A stretch of 63,257 bases of DNA, the filler included, from Licmophora abbreviata (taxonomy: Eukaryota): the NCBI GenBank assembly GCA_900291995.1. It is 15 parts of 15 records of this genome, joined end to end, with 100 filler letters (N's around TTAATTAATTAA, not from the genome) between each part and the next. Parts side by side here need not be neighbours in the genome. Positions count along the whole stretch, not along the records: positions 8,813 to 17,184 come from OLMU01005153.1; positions 17,285 to 18,372 come from OLMU01005154.1; positions 18,473 to 27,305 come from OLMU01005155.1; 12 more parts are not named here. One strand, 5' to 3'. Position 1 is the first letter of the stretch. Each line of letters starts with the position of its first letter. Shown here piece after piece: positions 12,193-23,829 of the stretch. Made by a program: the position numbers and the translations under genes. Under the pieces are notes generated by a model. It was not told where the DNA came from and did not search any database. It was given only the letters and a program-made list of their open reading frames with translations.

Positions 12193-14716
12193 CTAATCCA
12201 TTGCTCCAGGGTTTCGCTGCCGGGTCGTCGGTCGCCGGGTAATCTCGCCATCGTCCATATCCACGACTGACGCCGATTCTTCCTCTTCGATGTAGCTGGT
12301 GTCGTCCCCATCCTCTTCCTCGTCTAGTGGCAAACTCTCGTCGTCGTCTAGTAGCGAACTTTCGCCATCTGCCTCCCCATCGTCGCCCTTTTGTACTTGT
12401 CCACTCTCGCCATTATCCTCATGACAGTTTTCGGAGGCGTCCACCAAGACGACGTCGTCCCCACCCGTAAAAGACGACTCCATCGCACCCCGTTGCTCAC
12501 CCTCATCTCCATTAGCTATTTGTTGGACATCTTTTTCTTTTTTCTTATTTGCGTCGTCGTCCATCACCCCCGATGGGAGCGCCCGAGCCAATCTTCGCAA
12601 GACAGAAACAGTCACACTCTGATCCAACTGCATCGCATCTTCCTTCCCTCCTCCACTGCTGTCCAGCAATCCAAACGCTTGAAGCTCCCCCTCAAACTTG
12701 TCATACCATCCTGCCACACTAGTTGGATATTGCAAATGACACCAGGCGACGAACGTCACATGCATCGACAGCGGAATCCACCACAAGACGGGCGCCCACC
12801 AATTCAACACGGCAGAGAACAAGACATGCAGGACCCAGTACTCGAGACATTGCATTCGTTGCTTCAACGACGACGATGACGGCGTCATTGCTACTACGGA
12901 CTTGTGAGAAGGAACAACGGCGCGGACGTACAAGACACCATAGGCGGTAATGAAGGATGGCATAAGGCAAGTGATACTGGGCAGGAGCAATGCCCGCGAG
13001 TGCTCCACCAAGTCCACCACGGCGTCTTTCGTCTCTTGCCTAACCATTTTGACCATGACCATCAAGTCCAAGAGAGATCGGAGTTTGCTGACGACAAGCT
13101 GCTGCCATAAGTTCGCAGGCACAGCACGAAGGACGGTATCTCCCAACGCCTGGACGGCCGGCGCTAGTTGCGAATACAACAAGACCAAGGGGCGTGCGTC
13201 GTGTTGTCGACGATCTGTCTTTGTTGGTGTTGTTACCAAGGATGGTACGACAAAGATCCAAACCACAAAGACAAGTTGAAGTTCTCTTGTCATGGTGTTC
13301 CACCACAGAGTCTTGGAAAGCATACGTCCCACGACTGGAATCATGTGGAGCATTTGCAGTGTCGCATGAAACAGAGCATGGACCATCCAATATTGCAACC
13401 AATGGTCGGCTTCCGAATCGAGAGCAAGATCAACACTGCTGTCATCATTGTCGTCATGAAGTATTCGTTGTTGAGGAGTTGCAGCCTTTCTCATCCATCG
13501 CTGGATTGATTTACTTGGAGTGGTGCGTGGAAAGAAAGTGTGGCGTCTCGAGGTCGATTTTGGAGTTGTCAGGTCATCATGGTTGCGGTTTGACTTCCTC
13601 TTGTTGCTTTGCTCTTGTACCGTCAGCTCCTCCTCCTCCTTCTGATTTTTACTTGCAAGAATTGGATTCCGATAAGAGTGCAGGAGTGCAATGGTATGAA
13701 GGAGCGGGTATAGAACGGACAAGAGCGTAATCAAGTACGTGTCGGTGGCCAGATAGGTCACGAGGCGCGGTAGCGTGTACTTGATGGACACTGCGGCGGT
13801 CAAGAAGACTCCGTGAGGAAGACACATTGCCAGGAAGAAAGACGTTTTTTCGACGCGATGCAGCGTTCGTGTATAGGACTGTGTAGGGAGTGCAGGAATG
13901 AGGATAGAATGATGTATGCATAGTACCACAACCACAGCAACAACAAAAAGTGAGAATGTGCGGCACATCATTTTTTGCATCAACGGCCAAATTTGAATTT
14001 GTCAACAGGTAGAACCACGTAGAAAGTGTACTGAGACACGATGCGCGAGTCGAGTCCATCGAGAAACGTTTCACCCGGCAAGTCGTGAAGAATGAACCAT
14101 GGTGATGACGATGATGAAAGCAAGAACGCAAGGGGAGAGCCTCACGACAACGACTGAATTATACTCTTTCAACAAGAGAGCATACCGTCCCCGATCAAAT
14201 CTCTTCTTTGCAACATAAGAGATACTTTAAAAAAAACAAGTCACTTCTTACCTCTCTCACCCGGCGTCGCTGCTTTCGATACCAACGACTCGCCCTCGGA
14301 ATGTACCGTCTTCGACGAATAAAGCGTCGCAGGGCAAAGCATACGAGCAGGGCAATCAAGAAACACACTTCGACGATACAAAGTCGTCTGGAGGCTTTCC
14401 TAGTTTGCCATGTCCACAGTACTTGAACTGCCCACTGTAACTGCACGACGCCCTTTCGTGTCGACAGGTAGAGTCCATGAAAGACGTAATTGGACAATAA
14501 GAACCATGTGCATTGCAAGAGCAGGACTGTTGCAATGAAAATTGGTCTCAAGGTGACGTTTCCGAGCTCAGTGAGACTGCTTGCGGCGAGCCACGAGTGA
14601 TGGAGTGCCTGGCGCAAGAGCACGACGTACTCGGTCGTTGTGGGCAACTGCAGCGTCTCTTGAACGACCTGCCATGCATTTGTTATCACTGCTATCATAT
14701 GTGATGACTGTGGCAT
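12193..14716 (-). CDS. Multi-pass membrane protein with two TB2/DP1/HVA22-like segments and an acidic tail
   Basis: Exon 14716-14252 ends at GTAAG and joins ...CAG|SYTRTL near 13878. Repeated motifs WLQYWMVHALF and CLEYWVLHVLF. Confidence 0.6.
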
Positions 14717-15000
14717 AGTGTTAACATCTATCTATGAAACGAGAGAGTATAACAGTGGAGCGAGACGACGGCGACTGAATGTGTACCGGTATGTATGTCT
14801 TCACACTTTGTGTCTCTCGTCTCCTTTTTGTGACGAGATGGATTGCGAGCTCCAACTTGCCAAAATGAGAGCTCGCGAACCGAAAGTCGCAATGTCCACA
14901 CACGCAACACAATAAAACTGACACAACCATGATGAAATGCCGTCGTTCTCTTGCTTTTCATTGATACACATTCGTACACATTCGCTCTACAGTCGCCAGG

Positions 15001-16260
15001 ATGCCTTGTCTTGTCCTTACAGGCCATCCTTGCGTTGGAAAGACTCGTATCGCCGAGCTCTTGAAAGACCGTGCACTGCTCCATGACAAAATTCAACACG
15101 TTGAAATTGTCAATGAAGAGAGCGTCTGCGTCGATTCCTCCAAATCCGACTGCTATCTGGATTCACATCATGAAAAGTCCACACGAGGAGCTTTAAAAGC
15201 AAGAGTAGATGCTGCCTTGATCAGCAGCAGAAGCAATACATTGGTGATTGTCGATAGTTTGAACTACATCAAGGGCTTTCGATATGAATTGCACTGTATT
15301 ACCAAGGCACAGCAGGATCGCCATGGAGTCTTGTGGGTGCTACTCAACAATAGTAACAATACACAGGTAGCTAGAGAGTGGAATCGCAAACGGAAGGATC
15401 GGTATACGGACGAACAAATGGAAGAACTTGTCTTGAGGTATGAACCACCGGATGCTCGGAATCGATGGGATCGGCCACTATATCGACTAGACCTGACAAC
15501 GGCGCAGGAGGGCGGTACAACAGCAGCAGAAACAATGGCGACAGCACAACAGGATGTCCTGCAGCGATCCGTCTACAATATGCACTCCTTGAGCGAAGTT
15601 ATAAATGGGACATCATCATCAACAACAACAACGACGAAAAAGACCCCGACTAGCACAAATCAAACGGCAGCCTCGACCTTCAAACGGCGGACTGCTGCAT
15701 CGACCTTTCGTCGTGCCAACAACAAAAACAGCAACAACGACAACACGCCTCCGTCTCCCACAACACCAGTTGTCATACCAGCGGAGGAGACACCTGTGAT
15801 ACAACCACCACCAACCACAACCATTCAAAGTGACGTGACGGTTCCGCATGGTAAGAACGACACGACGTCGACTCCTCAAAAGTCGTTGCAAGATCGCATT
15901 GATGACATACTGGACTCCTTCTTGAACGACATTAAGCCATTGAAGGAAGGTATCTCGACTCAACAAGCGGAAACGGCAGATGCCGACACCTTGCATCAAC
16001 TGGATCGTTGTACTTTGCAAGTATGTCAGGCCATCGTCAAGGCTCAACAAGAGCAATATAGCGATGGTGCAGTACTCGTCTTGAAGTTTAGTGAAAGTGT
16101 AGGCGTCGTCATAATGAAACGGCCCTCGAGGACAGTGTCGTCGATGGAATTGAAACGACTTCGACAACAGTACTTGCAATGGGCTGGGCTTCATCCTCCA
16201 GAGGATGTCTCGGAGAAGGGGTTGGTATCTTCCTTTGTACAGTACCTGGAGGCTCAGTAG
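15001..16260 (+). CDS. KTI12: KTI12, Elongator-associated P-loop protein
   Basis: Motifs LTGHPCVGKT, VIVDSLNYIKGFRYELHC and RYEPPDARNRWDRPL. Confidence 0.93.
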   Translation: MPCLVLTGHPCVGKTRIAELLKDRALLHDKIQHVEIVNEESVCVDSSKSDCYLDSHHEKSTRGALKARVDAALISSRSNTLVIVDSLNYIKGFRYELHCITKAQQDRHGVLWVLLNNSNNTQVAREWNRKRKDRYTDEQMEELVLRYEPPDARNRWDRPLYRLDLTTAQEGGTTAAETMATAQQDVLQRSVYNMHSLSEVINGTSSSTTTTTKKTPTSTNQTAASTFKRRTAASTFRRANNKNSNNDNTPPSPTTPVVIPAEETPVIQPPPTTTIQSDVTVPHGKNDTTSTPQKSLQDRIDDILDSFLNDIKPLKEGISTQQAETADADTLHQLDRCTLQVCQAIVKAQQEQYSDGAVLVLKFSESVGVVIMKRPSRTVSSMELKRLRQQYLQWAGLHPPEDVSEKGLVSSFVQYLEAQ

Positions 16261-16469
16261 ACCATAGAAGAGACAGAGACGGATGAATAGTCGTCGTTTA
16301 TTAGAGCAGGACACCGAGTGAGTTAGCGGAGTGTAGACTAGTAGCCTGCGATTGTGACTGCACTCAGCCCCCATCCGTCGATGGGTAAATCGCCTGTCTG
16401 CCACCCGCACCATGTCGCGTAACTTCGCGACCACGATGACGCGAGGCTCACACAAGACAGAAGCGCACC

Positions 16470-17560
16470 ATGACGAACGCAACGGAGCAAGCGAACAAAG
16501 AGACGCCGGTTCCTTCTGCTCAACCGGCTATTAATGGAGGCGTAGCTCAAGGTGGTATTGGGAACGATAAGGGAAAATCCGGTGCCGCAGAAAAGGCGGC
16601 GAAAGCCGTCGACGGAGCCACCCCTCCTCCACCTCCAGCCGCCGTACTAGCACCACCAGCTGTTGCTCCTCGTGTCCCGCTGAATCCCGCCTCGCTACCC
16701 AAATCGACAGCACTGTCAACAACGAAACCACCGGATTCACTTCCACCCCGATCGCCAGCCACACAGTCCGTCGCACTGAGCAGTACTTCTGCGAAACCTG
16801 TTGCGAAACCTGTTGCGACGAAGAAACGCAAACTATCCGCCGCCTCCAACAGCGCAGCGGCACAGTCCCGCGCATCCCCTTCCACCACTATTGGTGGCAC
16901 CCCTTTGACAGACCCAGCTGTGATTAAGGCTGTTCACAACATTCTCGGCTTACTACAGACCTACGGGCCTCTTTCACTCGGACAACTTGAACACAATCTA
17001 CCCCCGTTATCGTCGTCATCGTTGTCGGACGTGGTGCAGCTCTTGGTGGCGACGGGTGTTGTCCAAGTCGTGGACGGGCCTCCTCCAAAACGCTATACGA
17101 CTCTGTCAGGTAAAGTTCGAGCGGACGTTATTCTGCCACATGAGGTTGTAGACGAGATACTGGCCACACAAGAACAAGTCAAACNNNNNNNNNNNNNNNN
17201 NNNNNNNNNNNNNNNNNNNNNNNNNNNNTTAATTAATTAANNNNNNNNNNNNNNNNNNNNNNNNNNNNNNNNNNNNNNNNNNNNGATCGAACGGAACTCA
17301 TCCGACAAGCCTTGCTGGAGGAAGAAGAGCAGCCGCCGAAACAGCTTTTGGAGAAGTTATTGTCCAAGTATCCCGATATTGTGCAAGATCCAGTCTATAT
17401 GACTGCATTTCGTAACTTCAATGTGAATGTTGCTGCTGCCGGCATGGATCATCGGGGACAGGCGACGACGGTGCAGGGCAAGAAGCGTGCTACTACTAGT
17501 AGTGGTGGCGAATCCATCAGTACCAATGCGGGTGGTGGTGGTACTGCAAAAGCGACGTGA
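16470..17560 (+). CDS. Hypothetical protein with Pro/Ala-rich N-terminus, basic KKRK signal and possible winged-helix region; spans a gap
   Basis: ORF 16470..17184 runs into the gap and ORF 17312..17560 follows it. Confidence 0.6.
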
Positions 17561-18555
17561 CCATAGAAAGATAACAAACGATATGGAAGATGGATGAATG
17601 GGAGGACTACGAATTGCAGCAAGAGGCGCCCAGGAAGAGAGCGACGCTCGAAGATATCCGATAGGGAGAGTTTCGTCGTTGTAAAAACCACCAATGGATC
17701 ACGCTTGGGCATCACGCACGCATCACATCATGCATCACGCAAAAATATCACATCACAGCGCGACACGGAACAATGATACGCACCGGTACTCTGCATTTCG
17801 ATAATTCCAGTGGCAACCGCAATGGAAGAGGCCCAGGATCCTGTCGAGTACTGCAAAGATTTTGGTGGTGGTCTTCCCGCCGAATCCTATGGTCTCTCAG
17901 AGGAATGCGAACAAGAGCTTGAGCATGAATTTGAACATGAAGAAGAAACCGAGTTGTCAATTGCTAGCAGACAAGACCCATACGCTCCGGTTTCTTTTTA
18001 AATCTCAATTCTTTCATTCGCGACAAAGTGTGAAGCATCGCCGCGATTGAATGGACCATGTTCGATTCAACGAGTCCGAACAAAAGATTCTCGCCAAGTC
18101 CCTTCGCCATGTCCCACAGCGACACGTCGTGGTGCAAGAACTCTTGAGAATGCGTGGTCGTCTGAGGCATTTCGATAGGAGTGACCTTGAAACCATCTCG
18201 ACAAAGTTCTATCTGTAAAGTTGCAAATTACGTACTTTGTACGTCGTAAAATAGTAGGTAAGGACTGCAACCTGTCACTGCCTGGTAGAGAGAGAGAGTA
18301 GAGTCAGTCTCGATAAGTCGTTACGAGTGGTATGATAGGTACAATCGCTGTCTTGTACAAAGTCGTAAAACCNNNNNNNNNNNNNNNNNNNNNNNNNNNN
18401 NNNNNNNNNNNNNNNNTTAATTAATTAANNNNNNNNNNNNNNNNNNNNNNNNNNNNNNNNNNNNNNNNNNNNCTGAACGGAGTAGGTACAATCGCTGTCT
18501 TGTACAAAGTCGTAAAACCGGGATTCAGTAAAGAGACGACAAAAGTCCAGGATAC

Positions 18556-18573
18556 AAAAAAGAAAAAAAGAAA
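18556..18573 (-). terminator. RNA polymerase III oligo-T terminator of the tRNA
   Basis: T-tracts on the minus strand directly 3' of the tRNA. Confidence 0.7.
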
Positions 18574-18574
18574 G

Positions 18575-18657
18575 CTCTCCGTGCTGGGATCGAACCAGCG
18601 GCCTCAAGATTACTAAGGTCTAACAGTCTCGCGCTCTACCAACTGAGCTAACGGAGA
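18575..18657 (-). tRNA. trnN-GTT: tRNA-Asn(GTT) with 10-nt intron (18611-18620)
   Basis: Acceptor stem TCTCCGT/ACGGAGA with discriminator G. D-arm GCTCAGTTGGTAGAGC. Anticodon arm CGAGA-CTGTTA[GACCTTAGTA]A-TCTTG. T-arm GCTGGTTCGATCCCAGC. Length 83 nt = 73 + 10. Confidence 0.9.
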
Positions 18658-19159
18658 TCAGTCACTTGTTTTCTAGCTGGTGGCTAGTGGGGTATATAAA
18701 CTTTATTTGAGATGTCATCAAAGTATGGAGCAATCTTCAATCTTCCCCCCTTTCCTTGTGCTCCGTCGAAAGAGCTCGAGCACTCGTGCAGGTAAATGAA
18801 AACTACGAGTAAATGTGGGGCGTAATGTGGTAGACTAAGCAGTCCTGAAGTCTTTGTAGGATCACCTCTCCCTGTCGACCCCCTTCGTGTGGGTACTAGA
18901 CTAGTAGTGTTAGAGATCACGTGCGGTTTCTCATGGTTCTCACATTGACAATCAGTTTCGAATAGCCACGAGCTCGTAGTGTACGTAGGAATCAGTACAA
19001 GCCTGTACGCGGAGCTACTACTCAACGGCCGCACGGTCATTCTTTCGGCGACTGGCCGTGACCGCACAATCTCATCGCGATCCAGCACACAACAGCGACG
19101 ACGGCACAGCAGTCATTGCTGCAATCTTGTACTTTCGTTCTTCGCCCCTTTCCCACACC

Positions 19160-21122
19160 ATGAGCCCCAAACCGAACGAAGCAGAAGACGAACTCGTCGA
19201 CTACGATGAGGAAGAGGTGCGTTTCGAAACAAACGAACAGGCGTCGATTTTGCTTACAGCTCGACTCGACTCGACTCAGTTTTCGTTCGCCAGGAGCTCG
19301 GATTCGTCTCACTCACCGCATTTGTATCCTCGTTTTCTTTACTCTTCTAATTTAACGAAACAGGAAGTCGCCGACGTTGCCGCGGAAAAGCCCGTGGCAT
19401 CCGATAGCAAGGACGTGAAGAAGTGAGTTTTCCGACTTAGATTTTCAAACTTGTATCCAAAATGATTCGATCGTGCCGCCGCTGCCACGCGACTGGGACT
19501 TTTGCGGGCCCTACCTTCTCTACGACTTGTACCTGTACTGGATAGATCTACTGTACTGCTGGACTGGTGTATATCTCATATACGAAAAGACAAGCGTGGA
19601 GAAGCTGGCCTGGGCACGATCACAGACGTCCTTTTTGTTCCCTTATCCTTGTTCGAGCACTGGTAGTGACAATGAGACGATTTGTTAAACCTTCTCATCA
19701 ATCAACAACTGCTGCAGGGGAACAAAAGAGGGAGGACTCTGAGACCGACTCCAGCGTACGGTACCCGGGTACTTCATCACACCGGACTACTCCTGCAAAG
19801 AAGATCACCCTCAGAGTCAGCCAGGGCAGGGCCGCCGAGATATCATGCTCATCACTCCCATCACAACTCAACATTCTATTTTCCCATTTATTACCATTTC
19901 TTCAACTGTTTTTCACTACACCGCGTGTTCCAGGGGCCACTATGTTGGCATTCACGCATCTGGATTCAAGGATTTCATTCTCAAGCCGGAATGCCTCCGC
20001 GCGGTTGTCGACTGTGGATTCGAGCACCCTTCCGAGGTGCAGCACGAGTGCATCCCGCAGGCAGTCCTGGGCATGGATATCGTCTGTCAGGCCAAGAGTG
20101 GAATGGGAAAGACGGCCGTCTTTGTCCTTGCCACACTCCACCAGCTCAACGCATCCGCCTTTCCAGAAGGAGAGAACCAGGTTTCGGTCCTCGTGCTTTG
20201 CCACACTCGCGAGCTCGCCTTCCAGATTGCGCACGAGTACGAGCGCTTCTCCAAGTACCTGCCCGACATCAAGACGGCGGTCTTTTACGGTGGTGTCAAC
20301 ATCAAGCAGAACCGTGATATTCTCAAGAACGACACGCCTCACGTCGTCGTCGGTACTCCGGGGCGCATCCTTGGACTGGCCCGCGAAAAGACCTTGAAGC
20401 TCGATCACATCAAGCACTTTGTCATGGATGAGTGTGACCGCATGTTGGAGGCTCTTGACATGCGCCGTGATGTCCAGGAGATCTTCCGCATGACCCCACA
20501 CGAGAAGCAGGTGATGATGTTTAGTGCGACTCTTGGAAAGGAGATTCGTCCGGTCTGTAGGAAGTTCTGCCAGGACCCCATGGAAATTTACGTAGACGAT
20601 GACACCAAGCTCACTCTACACGGTCTGCAGCTCTACTACATCAAGCTTGCAGAGGCAGAGAAAAACCGCAAGCTCAATGACTTGTTGGATGCGTTGGAGT
20701 TCAATCAAGTTGTGATCTTCGTCTCCAAGGTCGCGCGTGCCAACGAGCTGAACCGCCTCTTGACAGAATGTAACTTCCCCTCCATCTGCATCCATGCTGG
20801 ACAGAAGCAGGAGGAACGCATCGCCAAGTACAAGTCGTTCAAGGAGTTCAATGCTCGAATCTTGGTATCGACGGACTTGTTTGGTCGCGGTATCGATATT
20901 GAACGCGTGAACGTGGTGATCAACTACGACTTTCCCGACGACTCGGATCAATTCTTGCATAGGGTCGGCCGAGCTGGACGCTTCGGAACCAAGGGCGTTG
21001 CAATCTCGTTCGTTTCGAGCGACGCCGACCAGGAGATTCTCGACAAGGTGCAGAGCCGATTCGAGGTAAACATTCCGGAATTGCCGGATGAGATTGATAT
21101 GTCTAGCTACATGAGTACTTAA
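19160..21122 (+). CDS. UAP56: UAP56/SUB2/DDX39B DECD-box RNA helicase
   Basis: Motifs [39 protein letters not shown] and [13 protein letters not shown]. Exons 19160-19216, 19364-19422 and 19934-21122. Confidence 0.97.
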
Positions 21123-21355
21123 GCACGAGAGGGGGAGCCAGGGGCAGTGAATGACGTTGGTTTGCTTAAGACAACTGTTCTTAACTGACTCGAGTCGACG
21201 GACGGAATTCTAGTGTACGGCAAATGACAAAATACTCTTGGAGCAATTGAATTCGCAGTGAAAAAACACTCTAGACGTTACGTAGACATTTTATTTGGTA
21301 CCTGAGCATCATCGTGATTGCAGTGTACCGCAGACAACAAAGGCATAGCTCTAGC

Positions 21356-23197
21356 CTACTCGCTGGCCCTGTGGCGCAGATTTCTCCGACTGCTGCAGTC
21401 GCAAAAGTTGGGATGCACGGCAAAACACCACTCACCCGTCGACTCGCAATCAAAGTATCCTGTGCAAGGCTTTCCGCACTTTCCCCTAGCATCTATCTCG
21501 CTTGTACCGCAACGGTTACTTGTGGATGGGCTATCGTAACTGTCACATTGCGTTGCCGGCTTGGAATCGCAGTAGTTCAATTGGACTACACCAGGGACAG
21601 AGACAACGTCGACAACGTGAGAGACCGGGAATTGCCGTAACACAAGCCCTGCATACACCTCCACATTATTTACCTCCAACGCAGGTCTCCCCACTAGCAC
21701 AATCCGAAGGATGCAGGCACGGCATTCTACAGTTCCCTCGCGCGTCAACTTCAGGATTCGACCCACGACCACACCGGTGCGAGACGCCGGATAGAGTCCA
21801 CTGTGAGCTGTCCACTGGCGGAGACGTGACCGGCGCAGGACTGCCAACCGGAGCTGGGGTGACAGCGTCAACCGGCGCATCGGTGGGAACTGTTGCTGGC
21901 GCAGGAGGGACCGGAGCACTCGTGGGGACTACTACGGGTGCAGTTGTAGTGACAGGGGCGACCGATGGAGACCCAGATGGTGCGTCTGTGGGGCCGGCAT
22001 CTGCTACAGGCGTCGCCGTACCGGGGTTGTCGCAATGCGCACTCGAGGTACCACACCACCCCCACTTGGAGCAACAGTCAGTCGGATTGGGGCAGGTTGC
22101 ATCGTTGACAAAGCCGTTGCCGCATTTTCCGTCTGGTTCGCCTCCACCGCCATTTCCAGTATAGGGACCATTTCCACCTCCGGGGTACGTGGGAGTACTG
22201 TATCCAGGTACTGGACTTCCAGGAGCAGGACTGGGCGCCGAAGTGGCTGCCGGTGTAGGGCCGTCGACAATGGATACTTCCGCACAGTTCCAGAATTGTT
22301 CAGGAACACCGTTGCCATCCGGAGGCTTCATGAGAATCAATCGAAAGAAGAAGCAATATGTGAGCCCGATACAAATTTGTCAATGTCACGAATACACACT
22401 TTGGGATCAGCTTTTGTTTCCTTACAATATTGCCGCAGATACCGAGGACACCGGTCTGTGCATTCCAGTCGGCAGGAAATGCGTACGTATCGTACCCTGC
22501 GAACTCGCAAGAGTTGGCGGTCAGATAGTGCCACTGAAGCAGTACTAGATCCCCCACCAGATCATCAGGAAGCTTGAAGCGGAAGCGGTAGAAGGAGCCT
22601 GTCATTCCCGCGGCACTAGAAGCACCAAGGAGTCCAGGGTAGGAAATAGGCGCAATGTAAGCTCGCTCCGGGTAGTTGGGATCCTTTGTTCCACCATAAA
22701 GCTCGTCCGAGACAAACTCGAGCGGATACGAGTCGAAACACGCCGCAGTGGGGGTACCTCCCTCCTGGATGGGACACGCGCTGAATTCAAAATGTCCCTT
22801 GTGATGAGCAGTGAGAACGACGTCAAACTCAACAATATCGCCCTTGGAGTACGTCCACTGTGGACCGGTTGGTATGAGATCGTAGTTGTTGCCTCCGCTG
22901 ATCCCACACTCCGCCAAGGTCCCCCCTCTGTTTAGGCAGTGTGGGCAGTTTTCGTTCCCATTTTCCCAATTTTCATAGTTTCGAGATCTTTGTATGAAAT
23001 AGGAGGGGGAAAAGAAAGCAAAGGTCGAGAGACGTGAGACTATGAAAAAATCAGGGTGCCCCTTGTCGGTTGCCGGATCGACCAAGCCTGACTTACTTTG
23101 GGCTTTTCATGTAGCCGTGTCCTTCCACACGAGAAACTACAGACAACAGGACAGTAAAGAGGGCTGCTAGCCCGGTGCACGAGAGGAAGGGGATCAT
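21356..23197 (-). CDS. Secreted lytic polysaccharide monooxygenase (AA15/AA10-like) with hevein-like chitin-binding domain and Cys-rich repeats
   Basis: Exon 23197-23097 encodes signal MIPFLSCTGLAALFTVLLSVVSRVEG followed by HGYMKSPK. Later exons give TAHHKGHFEF, LLQWHYLTANSC, PEQFWNCAEV, CCSKWGWCG, a P/T linker and two RCG...DARGxC repeats. Three introns. Confidence 0.85.
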
Positions 23198-23829
23198 GAC
23201 GGCAGATGGATGAACGCGATGGATGGAGTCGACCTAGCACAGCAGAAATTATGACCTGTGCCCTGTGCCGATCGATGTTTGACCAATTTTGGCAGGACTG
23301 ATGCAGTTTCGAAAACCAGTTGGGTGTAAAATTTATATAAGGGATGAATATATTTTACTAGAGATACTCCGTAAGAGCCGACCGACCAATCTTGCAAGTG
23401 AACAGCAAAATACAAATGCAGAGACAACTTGATCTCGGCTACGCGATACCGTTGCTGAGACTTTTGGATGAAGTGCAGTAAATCATACCCGGGACCAGGA
23501 ACCAGCTTACACGCGGCATGCTGAATGTGCTGAGTGCTGATACGGGTGCGAGCGCCAGGGCGTGGTACTGGAGCCATTACGGTTCGCCCCCTGCCATTAC
23601 AGAGAACCCCGATGCTCCAGGTAAGTACCAGTACGACAACCAACAGGGCCACAAAGCGTGTACTTACAAGGAAACTAGATCATGATGATCCTGCTTCCTA
23701 GTCTCCGTGCAGACGTGCTCGTTCTAACCAATGCATAACTTCGAATCAAATACAAATATTATTGTTACGATATACAATGAAATTTTAGGCTATATACAAG
23801 CTACCAGGTACATGTACCGAAAGTCTAAC

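Noticed and set aside
23194..23652. 152-aa ORF upstream of the LPMO
   Set aside because: No motifs, and it crosses AT-rich promoter-like sequence; the LPMO has its own ATG and signal peptide at 23197.
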